A stretch of DNA of 39,752 nucleotides, from NCBI GenBank assembly GCA_023255765.1, contig JAGDVT010000004.1:1-39752 (forward strand), given 5' to 3'. The position numbers were made by a program, and so were the translations under genes. Shown one piece after another: positions 30,577 to 39,752 of this stretch (position 1 is its first letter; each line of letters opens with the position of its first letter). The notes beneath the pieces were generated by a model, which had not been told where the DNA came from, made no database searches, and was given only the letters and a program-made list of their open reading frames with translations. Origin of the DNA: Candidatus Paceibacter sp. (GTDB lineage: Bacteria; Patescibacteriota; Minisyncoccia; UBA6257; HR35).

Positions 30577-33500
30577 TATTTTTTAATATCTCTAATGGAT
30601 GTTTGAAGTTTGAACCTATATATGGCTTTCTTCCTAATATTACATTTTCTTTCAAGCCCCTTAATGGGTCTTCTTTTACTTCTAATGCACTTCTTGTAAG
30701 CACACGGGCTGTTTCTTGAAAAGATGCAGCAGATAAAAAGCTATGCGCGCTTAATGCTACTTTTGTAATACCTAAAAGAAGCAAGATTCCTTTTGCAGGT
30801 TTTTTCTTTTCTTCTCTTAATTTCTTATTTACATATATTAACAAATCTTTTTCTACTATATCATCATAAACAAAGTTACTATCTCCTACTTCTTTTATTT
30901 TTACTCTAGAAAACATTTTCCTAATTATAACTTCTATATGTTTATCGTGAATTTCTGCGCCTTGAAAGTTATAAACTTTTTTGAGTTCATTTATTATATA
31001 TTTAAATGCTGCTATCTTACCTTGATATAAATATATCAATTTCGGATCTTTAGCACCTTCATTTAATGGATCACCTCTATTAACTCGTTGGCCTTTTTTA
31101 ACTAATAAAGATAGGGATCTTGGTACATGTATTGTTATTTTTTTCCTTCGAGGACCTCGTATTACAATTTTCCAATATCTAGGGGCTGTTTCTATTGATT
31201 CTATAACACCATTTACAGGAGATAATATGCTTTCATTTTTAGGCTTTCTAGCTTCTAGCAATTCTTCAGCCCTAGGAACACCTTGGGTTATATCAGCTGC
31301 TCCAGCAACACCACCTACATGGAAAGTACGCATTGTAAGTTGTGTAGCCGGTTCTCCTATAGACTGTGCTGCAATTATACCAACGCTTTCTCCTATTTTA
31401 ACAGGCCTATCATAAGCTAAATCTAAACCATAACATTTAACACATATTCCAAATAAAGATTTACAAGTAAATGGAGATCTTACTCTTATTTTTTCTATTC
31501 CTGCTTCATCTATTTTTTTAGCTAATTCTTTTGTAATATACTCCCCTTTATTTATCAACACATTGCCATTTTTATCTTTTAATGTTTCTAAAGAAACTCT
31601 TGAATATATTCTTTTATAAAATTCTTCTCCAACTTCTTCTGCTTCTTCTCTTGTAATAAATATCCCTTCTTCATCACCACAATCTTCATCTACTATTATT
31701 ACATCATGAGCTACATCTACCATTCTTCTTGTAAGATATCCTGCTTTTGCAGTCTTAAGCGCAGTATCGGCAGCACCTTTTCTTGCACCGTGTGTACTTA
31801 TAAAGTATTCTAAAGCCGTTAAGCCTTCTTTATAAGATCTAATAATAGGTAAATCAATTGTTTCTCCTTTAGGATTTTCAACCAGCCCTTTCATACCACA
31901 CATTTGTCCTAATTGAGTGTAAGAACCTCTCGCACCTGAATCTATCATTCTTCTTGGATTATTTTCTTCATTTAGAGTTTTCTTTAAAAGATTATTTATT
32001 TCAGAAGAAGCTTTTAACCATTGTTCTATAATCAAAGATTTTTTCTCTTCATCGCTTAATAAACCCATTTCATAAGTTTCTTTAATTTCCAATTCTTTCT
32101 TTCTTGCTTCTTCTATAATTTTTTCTTTTTCTTCAGGCACTTTAAGATCAGAATAAGCCCATGATATTCCGGAAATTGTAGCGAATTCAAAACCTAAATC
32201 TTTAATTTTATTAAGAATATATGACAATTTTTCTGCGCCATATTTTGAATATATTTCTTCAATTATTTTTACTATTGTCTTCTTATCTATATTCTTATTA
32301 ACAAAAGGATAATCTGAAGGTAAAATTTCGTTGAATATTATTCTACCCACAGAAGTTTTAATATTTTCTTCATTTTTGCATTTTTTAACTATAATTTCTG
32401 CATTTAAATCTATTTCTCCATATTCATATAACAATTTAGCTTCAATTTCATCAAAAACTTTTCTACCTTCTCCTTTTTTGCCTTTTATTATTTGAGTAAG
32501 ATAATATAAACCTAAAATAATATCTTTTGTTGGGTTAGTAATTGCTTCACCTGTACCTGGTTTTAAATGATTTTTAGAAGCAAGCATAAGTTCTTTGGCT
32601 TCACTTTGTGCCTCTTCTGATAAAGGTAAAAATACTGCCATTTGATCTCCATCAAAGTCAGCATTATAAGCAGTGCATACAAGAGCAGGAATTCTAATAG
32701 CTAATCCTTCAACTAAAATAGGTTTAAATGCTTGTATTCCTAATCTATGGAGTGTTGGAGCTCTATTTAAAAGAACATATTTATCTCTTACAACTGTATC
32801 TAATGCTTTAATAGCTTCAGGATCCTCAGATTCTATTAAGTAATTTGCCTGTTTAATTGTATTTACAATTCCTTTTTTGATTAATTCATGAATAATAAAT
32901 GGCTTGAAAATTTCTAAAGCCATCTTTTTGGGTAACCCACATTCATCTATATTAAGTTCTGGGCCTATAACTATAACTGCTCTACCAGAATAATCAACTC
33001 TTTTACCAAGAAGATTTTGCCTAAATCTTCCTTGTTTTCCTCTAAGCATATCTGCTAAAGATTTCATAACTTTCCTTTGAGCTACAACTAATTTTTCTCT
33101 TCTAAGAGAATTATCTAATAATGCATCAACAGCTTCCTGAAGCATTCTTTTTTCATTTCTTATTATGATATCAGGAGCTTTTATTTCATATAATTTTTTC
33201 AATCTATTATTTCTATTTATCACTCTTCTGTATAAATCATTTAAATCAGAAGAAACTAATTTACCTCCTTCTAGTTGAACTATTGGCCTTAGATCTGGAG
33301 GTATTACCGGTAATACGGTTAATATCATCCATTCAGGTCTTAGTTTATACTTGATAAAAGCTTTAAGAAACTTAAGTTTGAGGGAAAGTCTTTTTCTTTC
33401 GTTTCCCTTAACTTTTTTAATTTTTTCTTCTACTTGCTTAGCTTCTTTTTCTAAATCTAATTCTTCTAAAAATCTTCTAATAGGTTCTGCACCTGTATCT

Positions 33501-34132
33501 ACTTCAAATATATTCGGATACTTTCTAGAAAATGTATAATATTCAACATCAGATAAAACTTTTTTAGGTTTAATCATATTTAATTCTTCTTTTATTTTTT
33601 TGTATGTTTCTTCTATTTCTTCCCTTGCTTTTCTGCTTTCAACTTTTTTAATTTTCTCTTTATATTCTTTTTCTATACTTTGTATCAATTTTGCTTTTTC
33701 TTCCTCATTGACTCTTGTTATTATATAAGCAGAAAAGTAAATTACCCTTTCTAGCTGGTTATTGGGAATATCTAAAATTAAAGAAATAGGATAAGGATAT
33801 ACTTTTAAAAACCATATATGCATTATAGGTGCAGCCAACATTATATGACCCATCCTTTCTCTCCTAACAGAAGATCTAACTACATCAACTCCACATCTAT
33901 CGCATTTTAAATTTGCAAATTGAATTCCTTTATATTTACCGCAAGAACACTCAAAATCTTTCAATGGTCCAAAAATAACTTCTGAAAATAGACCATCTCT
34001 ATCTGGTCTTCCTGTTCTATAATTAATAGTCTCAGGTTTAGTTACTTCTCCATATGACCAATTTAATATCTCCTCAGGAGATGCTAGCTTTATTAATATT
34101 GATTTTATATCTTCCTGTTTTATATATTTCAT
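30566..34132 (-). CDS. rpoC: DNA-directed RNA polymerase beta' subunit
   Basis: 1188 aa. Has the zinc-binding CSCGKY...CDRCGV, the catalytic NADFDGDQM, and bridge helix and trigger loop regions. It is compact compared with E. coli. Confidence 0.97.
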   Translation of the reverse strand: MKYIKQEDIKSILIKLASPEEILNWSYGEVTKPETINYRTGRPDRDGLFSEVIFGPLKDFECSCGKYKGIQFANLKCDRCGVDVVRSSVRRERMGHIMLAAPIMHIWFLKVYPYPISLILDIPNNQLERVIYFSAYIITRVNEEEKAKLIQSIEKEYKEKIKKVESRKAREEIEETYKKIKEELNMIKPKKVLSDVEYYTFSRKYPNIFEVDTGAEPIRRFLEELDLEKEAKQVEEKIKKVKGNERKRLSLKLKFLKAFIKYKLRPEWMILTVLPVIPPDLRPIVQLEGGKLVSSDLNDLYRRVINRNNRLKKLYEIKAPDIIIRNEKRMLQEAVDALLDNSLRREKLVVAQRKVMKSLADMLRGKQGRFRQNLLGKRVDYSGRAVIVIGPELNIDECGLPKKMALEIFKPFIIHELIKKGIVNTIKQANYLIESEDPEAIKALDTVVRDKYVLLNRAPTLHRLGIQAFKPILVEGLAIRIPALVCTAYNADFDGDQMAVFLPLSEEAQSEAKELMLASKNHLKPGTGEAITNPTKDIILGLYYLTQIIKGKKGEGRKVFDEIEAKLLYEYGEIDLNAEIIVKKCKNEENIKTSVGRIIFNEILPSDYPFVNKNIDKKTIVKIIEEIYSKYGAEKLSYILNKIKDLGFEFATISGISWAYSDLKVPEEKEKIIEEARKKELEIKETYEMGLLSDEEKKSLIIEQWLKASSEINNLLKKTLNEENNPRRMIDSGARGSYTQLGQMCGMKGLVENPKGETIDLPIIRSYKEGLTALEYFISTHGARKGAADTALKTAKAGYLTRRMVDVAHDVIIVDEDCGDEEGIFITREEAEEVGEEFYKRIYSRVSLETLKDKNGNVLINKGEYITKELAKKIDEAGIEKIRVRSPFTCKSLFGICVKCYGLDLAYDRPVKIGESVGIIAAQSIGEPATQLTMRTFHVGGVAGAADITQGVPRAEELLEARKPKNESILSPVNGVIESIETAPRYWKIVIRGPRRKKITIHVPRSLSLLVKKGQRVNRGDPLNEGAKDPKLIYLYQGKIAAFKYIINELKKVYNFQGAEIHDKHIEVIIRKMFSRVKIKEVGDSNFVYDDIVEKDLLIYVNKKLREEKKKPAKGILLLLGITKVALSAHSFLSAASFQETARVLTRSALEVKEDPLRGLKENVILGRKPYIGSNFKHPLEILKNIDF

Positions 34133-34135
34133 TTT

Positions 34136-37100
34136 TTATTTAATTTCTTCTTTTACTTCTGCACCTTCTTCTGGTAGTTTTTCTTTTTCAGCCTCTACTT
34201 TTGGTACCTCTTCTTCTCTTCTTACTATTTCTTCTTTCTTAACTTCTACAGAAAAACCTAGGCCATTTAATTCTCTAATTAATAAATTAAATGAAGATGG
34301 AATATTAGGTGTTTGGATTGGTTCGCCTTTAATAATACTTGTATATGCCTTACCACGGCCATACACATCATCAGATTTTATTGTAAGCATTTCTTGAAGA
34401 TTATTAACAGCAGAATAAGCTTCCAAAGCCCATACTTCCATTTCTCCTAATCTTTGACCACCAAACTGAGCCTTACCTCCTAATGGTTGTTGGGTAATTA
34501 ATGAATAAGGTCCTATTGATCTTGCATGTATTTTATCTTCAGCCATATGAATTAATTTCATTAAATACATAACTCCTACACTAACTTTTTCTTTAAATTT
34601 TTCTCCTGTCCTTCCATCATAAAGTTCTATTTTGCCATCTTCAGGTAAACCTGCTTTTTTCAATTCCTCTCTTATTTCTTCTTCGTTAACCCCGGAAATT
34701 GACGGTACTATAGCTCTATATCCTAATATTTTTGCAGCATAACCTAAATGCATTTCTAAAATTTGTCCTAAATTCATTCTAGAAACAACTCCTAGAGGTG
34801 AAAGGATAATATCTACAGGCCTTCCATCTTTCAAAAAAGGCATATCTTCTTCTGGTAAAATAACAGAAATAACTCCCTTATTACCATGTCTATTAGCCAA
34901 TTTGTCGCCTATTTGTAGTTTTTTAAGTTTAGCAACTTCAACAGAAATTCTTTTAATTACTCCTGGTTCTGATATTTCTCCTTTTTCTCTTTCTAAAACT
35001 TTAACTCTTATAACTCTACCAGATTTACCTGGTTCTAAATATAAAGAAGAATCTTTTATTTCTTCTACTTTTTCTCCGAATATAGCTTTCAATAATTTTT
35101 CTTCAGGTGTTAATTCAACTTCTTTTTTAGGTGTAATTTTACCAACTAATATATCTCCAGCTCTCACTTTTGAACCTATTCTAATTATTCCTTCTTCATC
35201 CAAATTCCTTAGTTTAGCTTCTGGAACACCAGGTATATCATTTGTTACTTCTTCCATACCTAATTTAGTATCTCTTACATCTATAGAAAATTCTTCTATA
35301 GATATAGAAGTGAAAGTGTCTTCCTTTAATAATCTTTCTGAAACAACTATAGCATCTTCAAAATTATATCCTCTAAAGCTTAAAAATGCTACTAATAGAT
35401 TGGCTCCTAATGCTAAGGCTCCATTTTTTATTGCAGGTCCATCAACTAATACATCACCTTTTTTGAATTTTTGTCCCTTATTAACAATAGGTTTTTGATT
35501 AATAAAGGTAAAATCATTGGTTTTTAAATATTTCTTTAAAATATAAGTTTTCTTTTCTTTTTTATTTCCTTTCCTATAATAAACTACTGTTAAAGAGGAG
35601 CCATCAACTTCTAAAACCTCACCATCATCTTCAGCTATTATTACATATCCACTATTTCTAGCTACTACTTCTTCTAAACCAGTGCTTACTATGGGAATTT
35701 CAGGTTTTATAAGAGGAACTGCTTGTTTTTGCATATTTGAACCCATCTGTGCTCTGTTTGCATCATCATGTACTAAAAATGGAATAAGATTTGTAGCTAT
35801 AGAAAATTGTTGTATAGAAGAAATTTCCATTAAATCAACTTCATCTTTATGTATCAAAGACGGCTCTCCATCAACCCTACCTTCTACATATTCATCTACT
35901 ATTCTATTTTGAGAATCTAAATTTGTTGTACCACTTGCTATTTTGTATGATTTTTCTTCTAAAGCAGTAAGATAAACAATTTCTTTTGTATTTACCTTTC
36001 CTTTTTCAACTTTATAATATGGTGTCATTAAAAATCCATATTCGTTTGTTTTCGAATATATAGCTCTGTAAGTAATTAAACCAATATTTTGACCCTCTGG
36101 TGTTTGTACTGGGCATATTCTTCCATAATGACTAGGATGGACATCTCTTACATCAAATCCTGCTCTTTCTTTTGTTAATCCTCCTGGACCGCTTGCAGTT
36201 AATCTTCTCTTATGTTCTAGCTCAGATAAAATATTATTTTGAGAAGCTACTTGAGAAAGGGGTGATGTATTGAAGAATTCATTTATAGCATTTGAAAATA
36301 CTTTTGAATATATAACCTGTCCTGGTATTAATTTTTGGGTCTTATCTAAAACTGCCATTTTATCTTTTATAGCCTTCACCATTCTCATAAGCCCTATTCT
36401 TGTTTGATTTTCCAAAAGTTCTCCTATATTTTTTACTCTTCTATTCCATAAAGCATCTACATCATCTGGTTCAGCTTTTGGGTTTTTTTGTAACCTTAAT
36501 ATTTCCTTAATAATTTCAATCAGATCCTCTTTCTCTATAAGTAAAGAATTAAGATTTAAGTTTAGCCTTCTATTTATATGATATCTTCCTACTTCAGATA
36601 AAGAATATCTTTCTGGCTTTCTAAACAAATTCTCAAAAAACATAAGGGCATTATCATATGTATTTGGTTCAAAGCTTCTAAATTTCAAATGGATATACAA
36701 CAAAGCATCCTCTCTGTCTTCTGTATCATCTTTTTTCAATGTGTCTCTAATTATATTTAGTTCTTCATCCAAATCTTTAAATGTTTCTCTTATCTCTGTC
36801 TCAGAAATTCCGAAAGCTTTTAAAAGAATGGTTGCATATACCTTTTTCTTTCTGTCAATCCTAACTTGCAAAATATTACTTGGTTCAATTTGAAACTCTA
36901 ACCACGCCCCTCTAAAAGGAATAACCTTGGCTCCAAACAACTTTTTTTCACCATATTGAATTGCAGTAAAGTAAACTCCAGGAGATCTTAAGAGTTGACT
37001 CACTATTACTCTTTCAATCCCATTAATAATAAATGTGCACCTATCTGTTAAAATAGGAATTTCTCCTAAATAAACATCTTGTTCTGCTGCTTCATTATTC

Positions 37101-37378
37101 AAAAGATTGGTTAATTTTAATTTAGCTCTTAAGGGAGCTGAATATGTCCACCCTTTTTCCTTACATTCTTCTTCTGTATATTTTGGCTTACCCAAATAAC
37201 AATCTACAAAGTCTAATCTTAATTCTTTTTCGGAATAATCAAAAATAGGGAAATACTCCAAGAAAACCTTTTTCAGGCCCTTATTTATAAAATTTTCAAA
37301 GCTTTCTTTAATATGCGATAAAAGATCCTCAGGATATTCTATTCTATATTTTGAAAAATTTTTTGTTGGCAAAATCAT
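34136..37378 (-). CDS. rpoB: DNA-directed RNA polymerase beta subunit
   Basis: 1080 aa containing RLTASGPGGL, GRICPVQTPEG, NRHGNKGV and GGQRLGEMEVWALEAY, plus an acidic C-terminal tail. Confidence 0.97.
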   Translation of the reverse strand: MILPTKNFSKYRIEYPEDLLSHIKESFENFINKGLKKVFLEYFPIFDYSEKELRLDFVDCYLGKPKYTEEECKEKGWTYSAPLRAKLKLTNLLNNEAAEQDVYLGEIPILTDRCTFIINGIERVIVSQLLRSPGVYFTAIQYGEKKLFGAKVIPFRGAWLEFQIEPSNILQVRIDRKKKVYATILLKAFGISETEIRETFKDLDEELNIIRDTLKKDDTEDREDALLYIHLKFRSFEPNTYDNALMFFENLFRKPERYSLSEVGRYHINRRLNLNLNSLLIEKEDLIEIIKEILRLQKNPKAEPDDVDALWNRRVKNIGELLENQTRIGLMRMVKAIKDKMAVLDKTQKLIPGQVIYSKVFSNAINEFFNTSPLSQVASQNNILSELEHKRRLTASGPGGLTKERAGFDVRDVHPSHYGRICPVQTPEGQNIGLITYRAIYSKTNEYGFLMTPYYKVEKGKVNTKEIVYLTALEEKSYKIASGTTNLDSQNRIVDEYVEGRVDGEPSLIHKDEVDLMEISSIQQFSIATNLIPFLVHDDANRAQMGSNMQKQAVPLIKPEIPIVSTGLEEVVARNSGYVIIAEDDGEVLEVDGSSLTVVYYRKGNKKEKKTYILKKYLKTNDFTFINQKPIVNKGQKFKKGDVLVDGPAIKNGALALGANLLVAFLSFRGYNFEDAIVVSERLLKEDTFTSISIEEFSIDVRDTKLGMEEVTNDIPGVPEAKLRNLDEEGIIRIGSKVRAGDILVGKITPKKEVELTPEEKLLKAIFGEKVEEIKDSSLYLEPGKSGRVIRVKVLEREKGEISEPGVIKRISVEVAKLKKLQIGDKLANRHGNKGVISVILPEEDMPFLKDGRPVDIILSPLGVVSRMNLGQILEMHLGYAAKILGYRAIVPSISGVNEEEIREELKKAGLPEDGKIELYDGRTGEKFKEKVSVGVMYLMKLIHMAEDKIHARSIGPYSLITQQPLGGKAQFGGQRLGEMEVWALEAYSAVNNLQEMLTIKSDDVYGRGKAYTSIIKGEPIQTPNIPSSFNLLIRELNGLGFSVEVKKEEIVRREEEVPKVEAEKEKLPEEGAEVKEEIK

Positions 37379-37455
37379 ATAACTTCAAAAAGAAGTTTTG
37401 GATGTTTTTTAAAAAATTTAATTTTTCATCAGAGAAAATATATTGTTATACTAAA

Positions 37456-37484
37456 ATTATAATCTCCTATTTTTGAAATGTCAA
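37456..37484 (-). promoter_or_regulatory. Consensus sigma70 promoter for rpoB (TTGACA-17 nt-TATAAT)
   Basis: Reverse complement reads TTGACA (37484-37479), exactly 17 nt, then TATAAT (37461-37456). It lies about 78 nt upstream of the rpoB ATG. Confidence 0.6.
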
Positions 37485-37524
37485 TACTTAATTTTTAGGC
37501 TTAAAAAGGTGTTTTTTTATGTTA

Positions 37525-39576
37525 TTATTTTAAAATTTCGTTTAATATATTTAAAGAAGAAGGGTCATTAAATTTAGTTTTATATTCATTAATCAATTTT
37601 ATAGCTTCTTCTTTATTTCCTGTTTTATAAAGTATTCTAATTGCTATAAGATACTGAAGCGGTGTTTGAGGGTAGAATCTCCTTGTGAAATTTTCTCTTA
37701 AAAGTTCTAAAGCTTTTTCTTTGTCTCCTAGTTGATAATATAAATTTGCCAAAAGATATATTATTCTTGTAGAGTCTTTATAATTTATTTTTAGACTTTC
37801 TAAAATTTTTCTTGCTTTTTCATATTCTCCTAATGATTGCAATATATTTGCATATTCCATCTGAATGTCAGGGTATTTTGGATAAGTTTTCATATATTGT
37901 TCAAATATTTTAAATAGTAAATTTAAGTCATAAGAATAATCAAGGCCCACTTTCCTTTTTGCGTTTACAATTCTGCTTAAATGTACTGTTAAAATATTAT
38001 AAATTCTTGCATCATATTTATCTTTATTTAACGCCTTCAAATAAATTTCAGTGACTCTATTTATATCATTGATAGAATTAACCTTACCTATATTAGCTTC
38101 TAAATATCTGCTTGTCATAACAGCTATTTCTGGTACAAATTGAGTATTATATGAAATAAGCCTTTCAAATATAATTAAGCCTTTAGGAAATGGTGAATCA
38201 ATTGCTGTTATTATTGTATATACTATGTAAAAATGAAAAAGATTTAATAAAACTCCTATTGTTAATAAGCCGTAAATTAAAATTTGCAAAGATAATCTTT
38301 CAAAGGATTTTCTCTTTTCATCTAATTTAAAGGGTGGTGTTAATAAAGATAAGCCGAAAAAGAAAGGGATATAACTTGCTTGAATATCAAATAAAGTAAT
38401 ATTCTGGCCTAAATAAGCTAAAATAAAGCCTAACATAACAGATTTTAAATATCTATCTTCTAAATTTTTGAAAATAGAATAAAAAATAGATAAAATGAAA
38501 ATTAACCAAAAAAGAAATCCTATTAAACCAGTTGTAACTAAAATTTCAATATATTTATTGTGAGGTCTATCAAAAATAACTTCTTCATAATTATATATTT
38601 CAGGGTTAAAATTATCAAAATAGGCAATAGGAGAATTTTCTAATCCATAGCCAATTAGTGGTTTTTCTTTCCAAGCTTTTAAAAATATTCCCCATGCTAA
38701 ATATCTTGCCATATAAGCCCTTGGATCTCTAAATGTATCATATACCCTTCTTATACCTGGAATATATTTTGAATATTCAGAATTTATGAAAATATATGAA
38801 AATATTATCAACAAAAAAATCAAAATAATGACTAAAATTTTATAAGTTATTTTAACTTCTGAAAATAGAAAATAATAAAGTAAAGAAATGGGAATTGCTA
38901 TTCCTAATGCTAAAATTGAACCTCTTGTCTCCGAAATGAATATATTACCTAAAGCAAACAAGATTGCAACTAAAATTAATAATTTTTCTAACTTATCAGA
39001 GCCTTTTAAAAAGTACAAAGAAATAAATATCATCAAAACAGAGAAAAATCCAACAAAAGTAGCGTTTCCAAATGTTGAATCTGGTCTAACTGTTCCTTGC
39101 AAATATTGAGAAATTTCTTTTAAAGAAACTATATAATGAACTATTAGTAAAGAATAAAATAATGTTTTTTTGTAATCTGGATCTATTCTAAAAACTACAT
39201 ACAAAACTAAAAACCATAAAATAAAGTGAAATAAACCCCAAAATCCTTCCATTCTTTCAGCATTACCCCAAAAAGAAAGATATGGCCTTAAGGAAAAAGG
39301 AATTAATAGCAAATTAACTAAAACTAAGGCTAAGGCAGCCCAAAATATATATTCATTTTTTCTTGGAAGATAATTTAAATTTTTAAATATTAAAATAATA
39401 GTTAATGCAGCAGCAATTTCAATTAAAATTCTAAAGTATATAGCTTTACCTGTTATATATGGGAAGAATAAATTAAATGAGCAAAAAAATCCAGGACAAA
39501 CTAAAATAAGACTAAAAGGAATTAAAAAAAGACAAATTTTTATCAAAAATAAAATTGATTTTTCTTCTTTTGTCAT
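37525..39576 (-). CDS. O-antigen ligase/polymerase-like (Wzy_C family) polytopic membrane protein fused to C-terminal TPR repeats
   Basis: 683 aa with at least 10 predicted TM helices. SETRGSILALGIAI and RPHNKYIEILVTTGLIGFLFW are typical of the Wzy_C/O-antigen ligase loop. The C-terminal ~200 aa has TPR-like repeats (YANILQSLGEYEKARKILE, LANLYYQLGDKEKALELL). Confidence 0.65.
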   Translation of the reverse strand: MTKEEKSILFLIKICLFLIPFSLILVCPGFFCSFNLFFPYITGKAIYFRILIEIAAALTIILIFKNLNYLPRKNEYIFWAALALVLVNLLLIPFSLRPYLSFWGNAERMEGFWGLFHFILWFLVLYVVFRIDPDYKKTLFYSLLIVHYIVSLKEISQYLQGTVRPDSTFGNATFVGFFSVLMIFISLYFLKGSDKLEKLLILVAILFALGNIFISETRGSILALGIAIPISLLYYFLFSEVKITYKILVIILIFLLIIFSYIFINSEYSKYIPGIRRVYDTFRDPRAYMARYLAWGIFLKAWKEKPLIGYGLENSPIAYFDNFNPEIYNYEEVIFDRPHNKYIEILVTTGLIGFLFWLIFILSIFYSIFKNLEDRYLKSVMLGFILAYLGQNITLFDIQASYIPFFFGLSLLTPPFKLDEKRKSFERLSLQILIYGLLTIGVLLNLFHFYIVYTIITAIDSPFPKGLIIFERLISYNTQFVPEIAVMTSRYLEANIGKVNSINDINRVTEIYLKALNKDKYDARIYNILTVHLSRIVNAKRKVGLDYSYDLNLLFKIFEQYMKTYPKYPDIQMEYANILQSLGEYEKARKILESLKINYKDSTRIIYLLANLYYQLGDKEKALELLRENFTRRFYPQTPLQYLIAIRILYKTGNKEEAIKLINEYKTKFNDPSSLNILNEILK

Positions 39577-39640
39577 TATTTTAATTATAAAATTATAATA
39601 AGAATTTAAATTAAATCAAAATATATTTATTAGATAAAAT

Positions 39641-39677
39641 GCAAAAGGGCTCCGGATAATTTCCGGAGCCCTTTTGC
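39641..39677 (-). terminator. Rho-independent terminator hairpin (16-bp perfect stem)
   Basis: GCAAAAGGGCTCCGGA-taatt-TCCGGAGCCCTTTTGC. On the minus strand it is followed by ATTTTATCT. It lies 33 nt downstream of the apparent stop of a minus-strand ORF entering from the right edge. Confidence 0.6.
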
Positions 39678-39710
39678 AGATTTACAACAGATATATTATT
39701 GAGGAGTTCT

Positions 39711-39752
39711 TTAGTTACTCCAGTTAGTTACAAAGTCTTTACTAATGTAGGT
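39711..39752 (-). CDS. 3' end of an unidentified gene entering from beyond the window (...TYISKDFVTNWSN*)
   Basis: This is the only minus-strand frame open to the window edge, with a TAA at 39713-39711 followed by the terminator hairpin. It is too short to identify. Confidence 0.25.
   Translation of the reverse strand, partial: TYISKDFVTNWSN

Noticed and set aside
34902-35912. 198-aa and 76-aa plus-strand ORFs inside rpoB
   Set aside because: They are antisense to conserved RpoB. The Ser/Leu/Phe/Ile-rich translations are shadow ORFs.

Overview
This is a very AT-rich, tightly packed bacterial window. Intergenic gaps are mostly under 70 nt, and there are many 1-4 nt ATGA/TAATG gene overlaps. 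It uses the standard code, with TGA as a stop. I found no rRNA, tRNA, CRISPR array or transposase.

Gene content, left to right:
- Housekeeping genes: a partial CPA2 antiporter, holA, hup, rny, gpmI, secD, greA and ligA.
- A complete secretin-less type IV pilus locus: pilM-pilN-pilO-like, a small TM ORF, pilB-pilT-pilC, then pilA-pilD and four minor (pseudo)pilins. It runs straight into ligA and is divergent from comF.
- A plus-strand block: comF, rsmE, tpiA, rpmA, then archease and Nudix on the minus strand, then an archaeal-type tyrS overlapping trpS.
- A minus-strand expression block: an O-antigen-ligase/TPR protein, then rpoB-rpoC-tuf-rpsJ-rplC-rplD-rplW. This block continues unexpectedly into a stand-alone ATP-cone protein, a soluble VirD4/TraD-like P-loop ATPase with a zinc ribbon, and efp.

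The gene set and architecture fit a reduced-genome, monoderm-like lineage such as Patescibacteria/CPR. That placement is inference only.

Observations most worth follow-up:
- the ATP-cone plus coupling-protein-like ATPase pair sitting where the S10 operon should continue;
- the pilus/competence locus and its GC-rich pilA;
- a recurrent GGYCGAW leader motif and a TATCCACAA (DnaA-box-like) element shared by strong promoters;
- a perfect 51-bp duplication of the trpS 3' end flanking the longest non-coding stretch;
- an EF-P with Arg at the loop tip.
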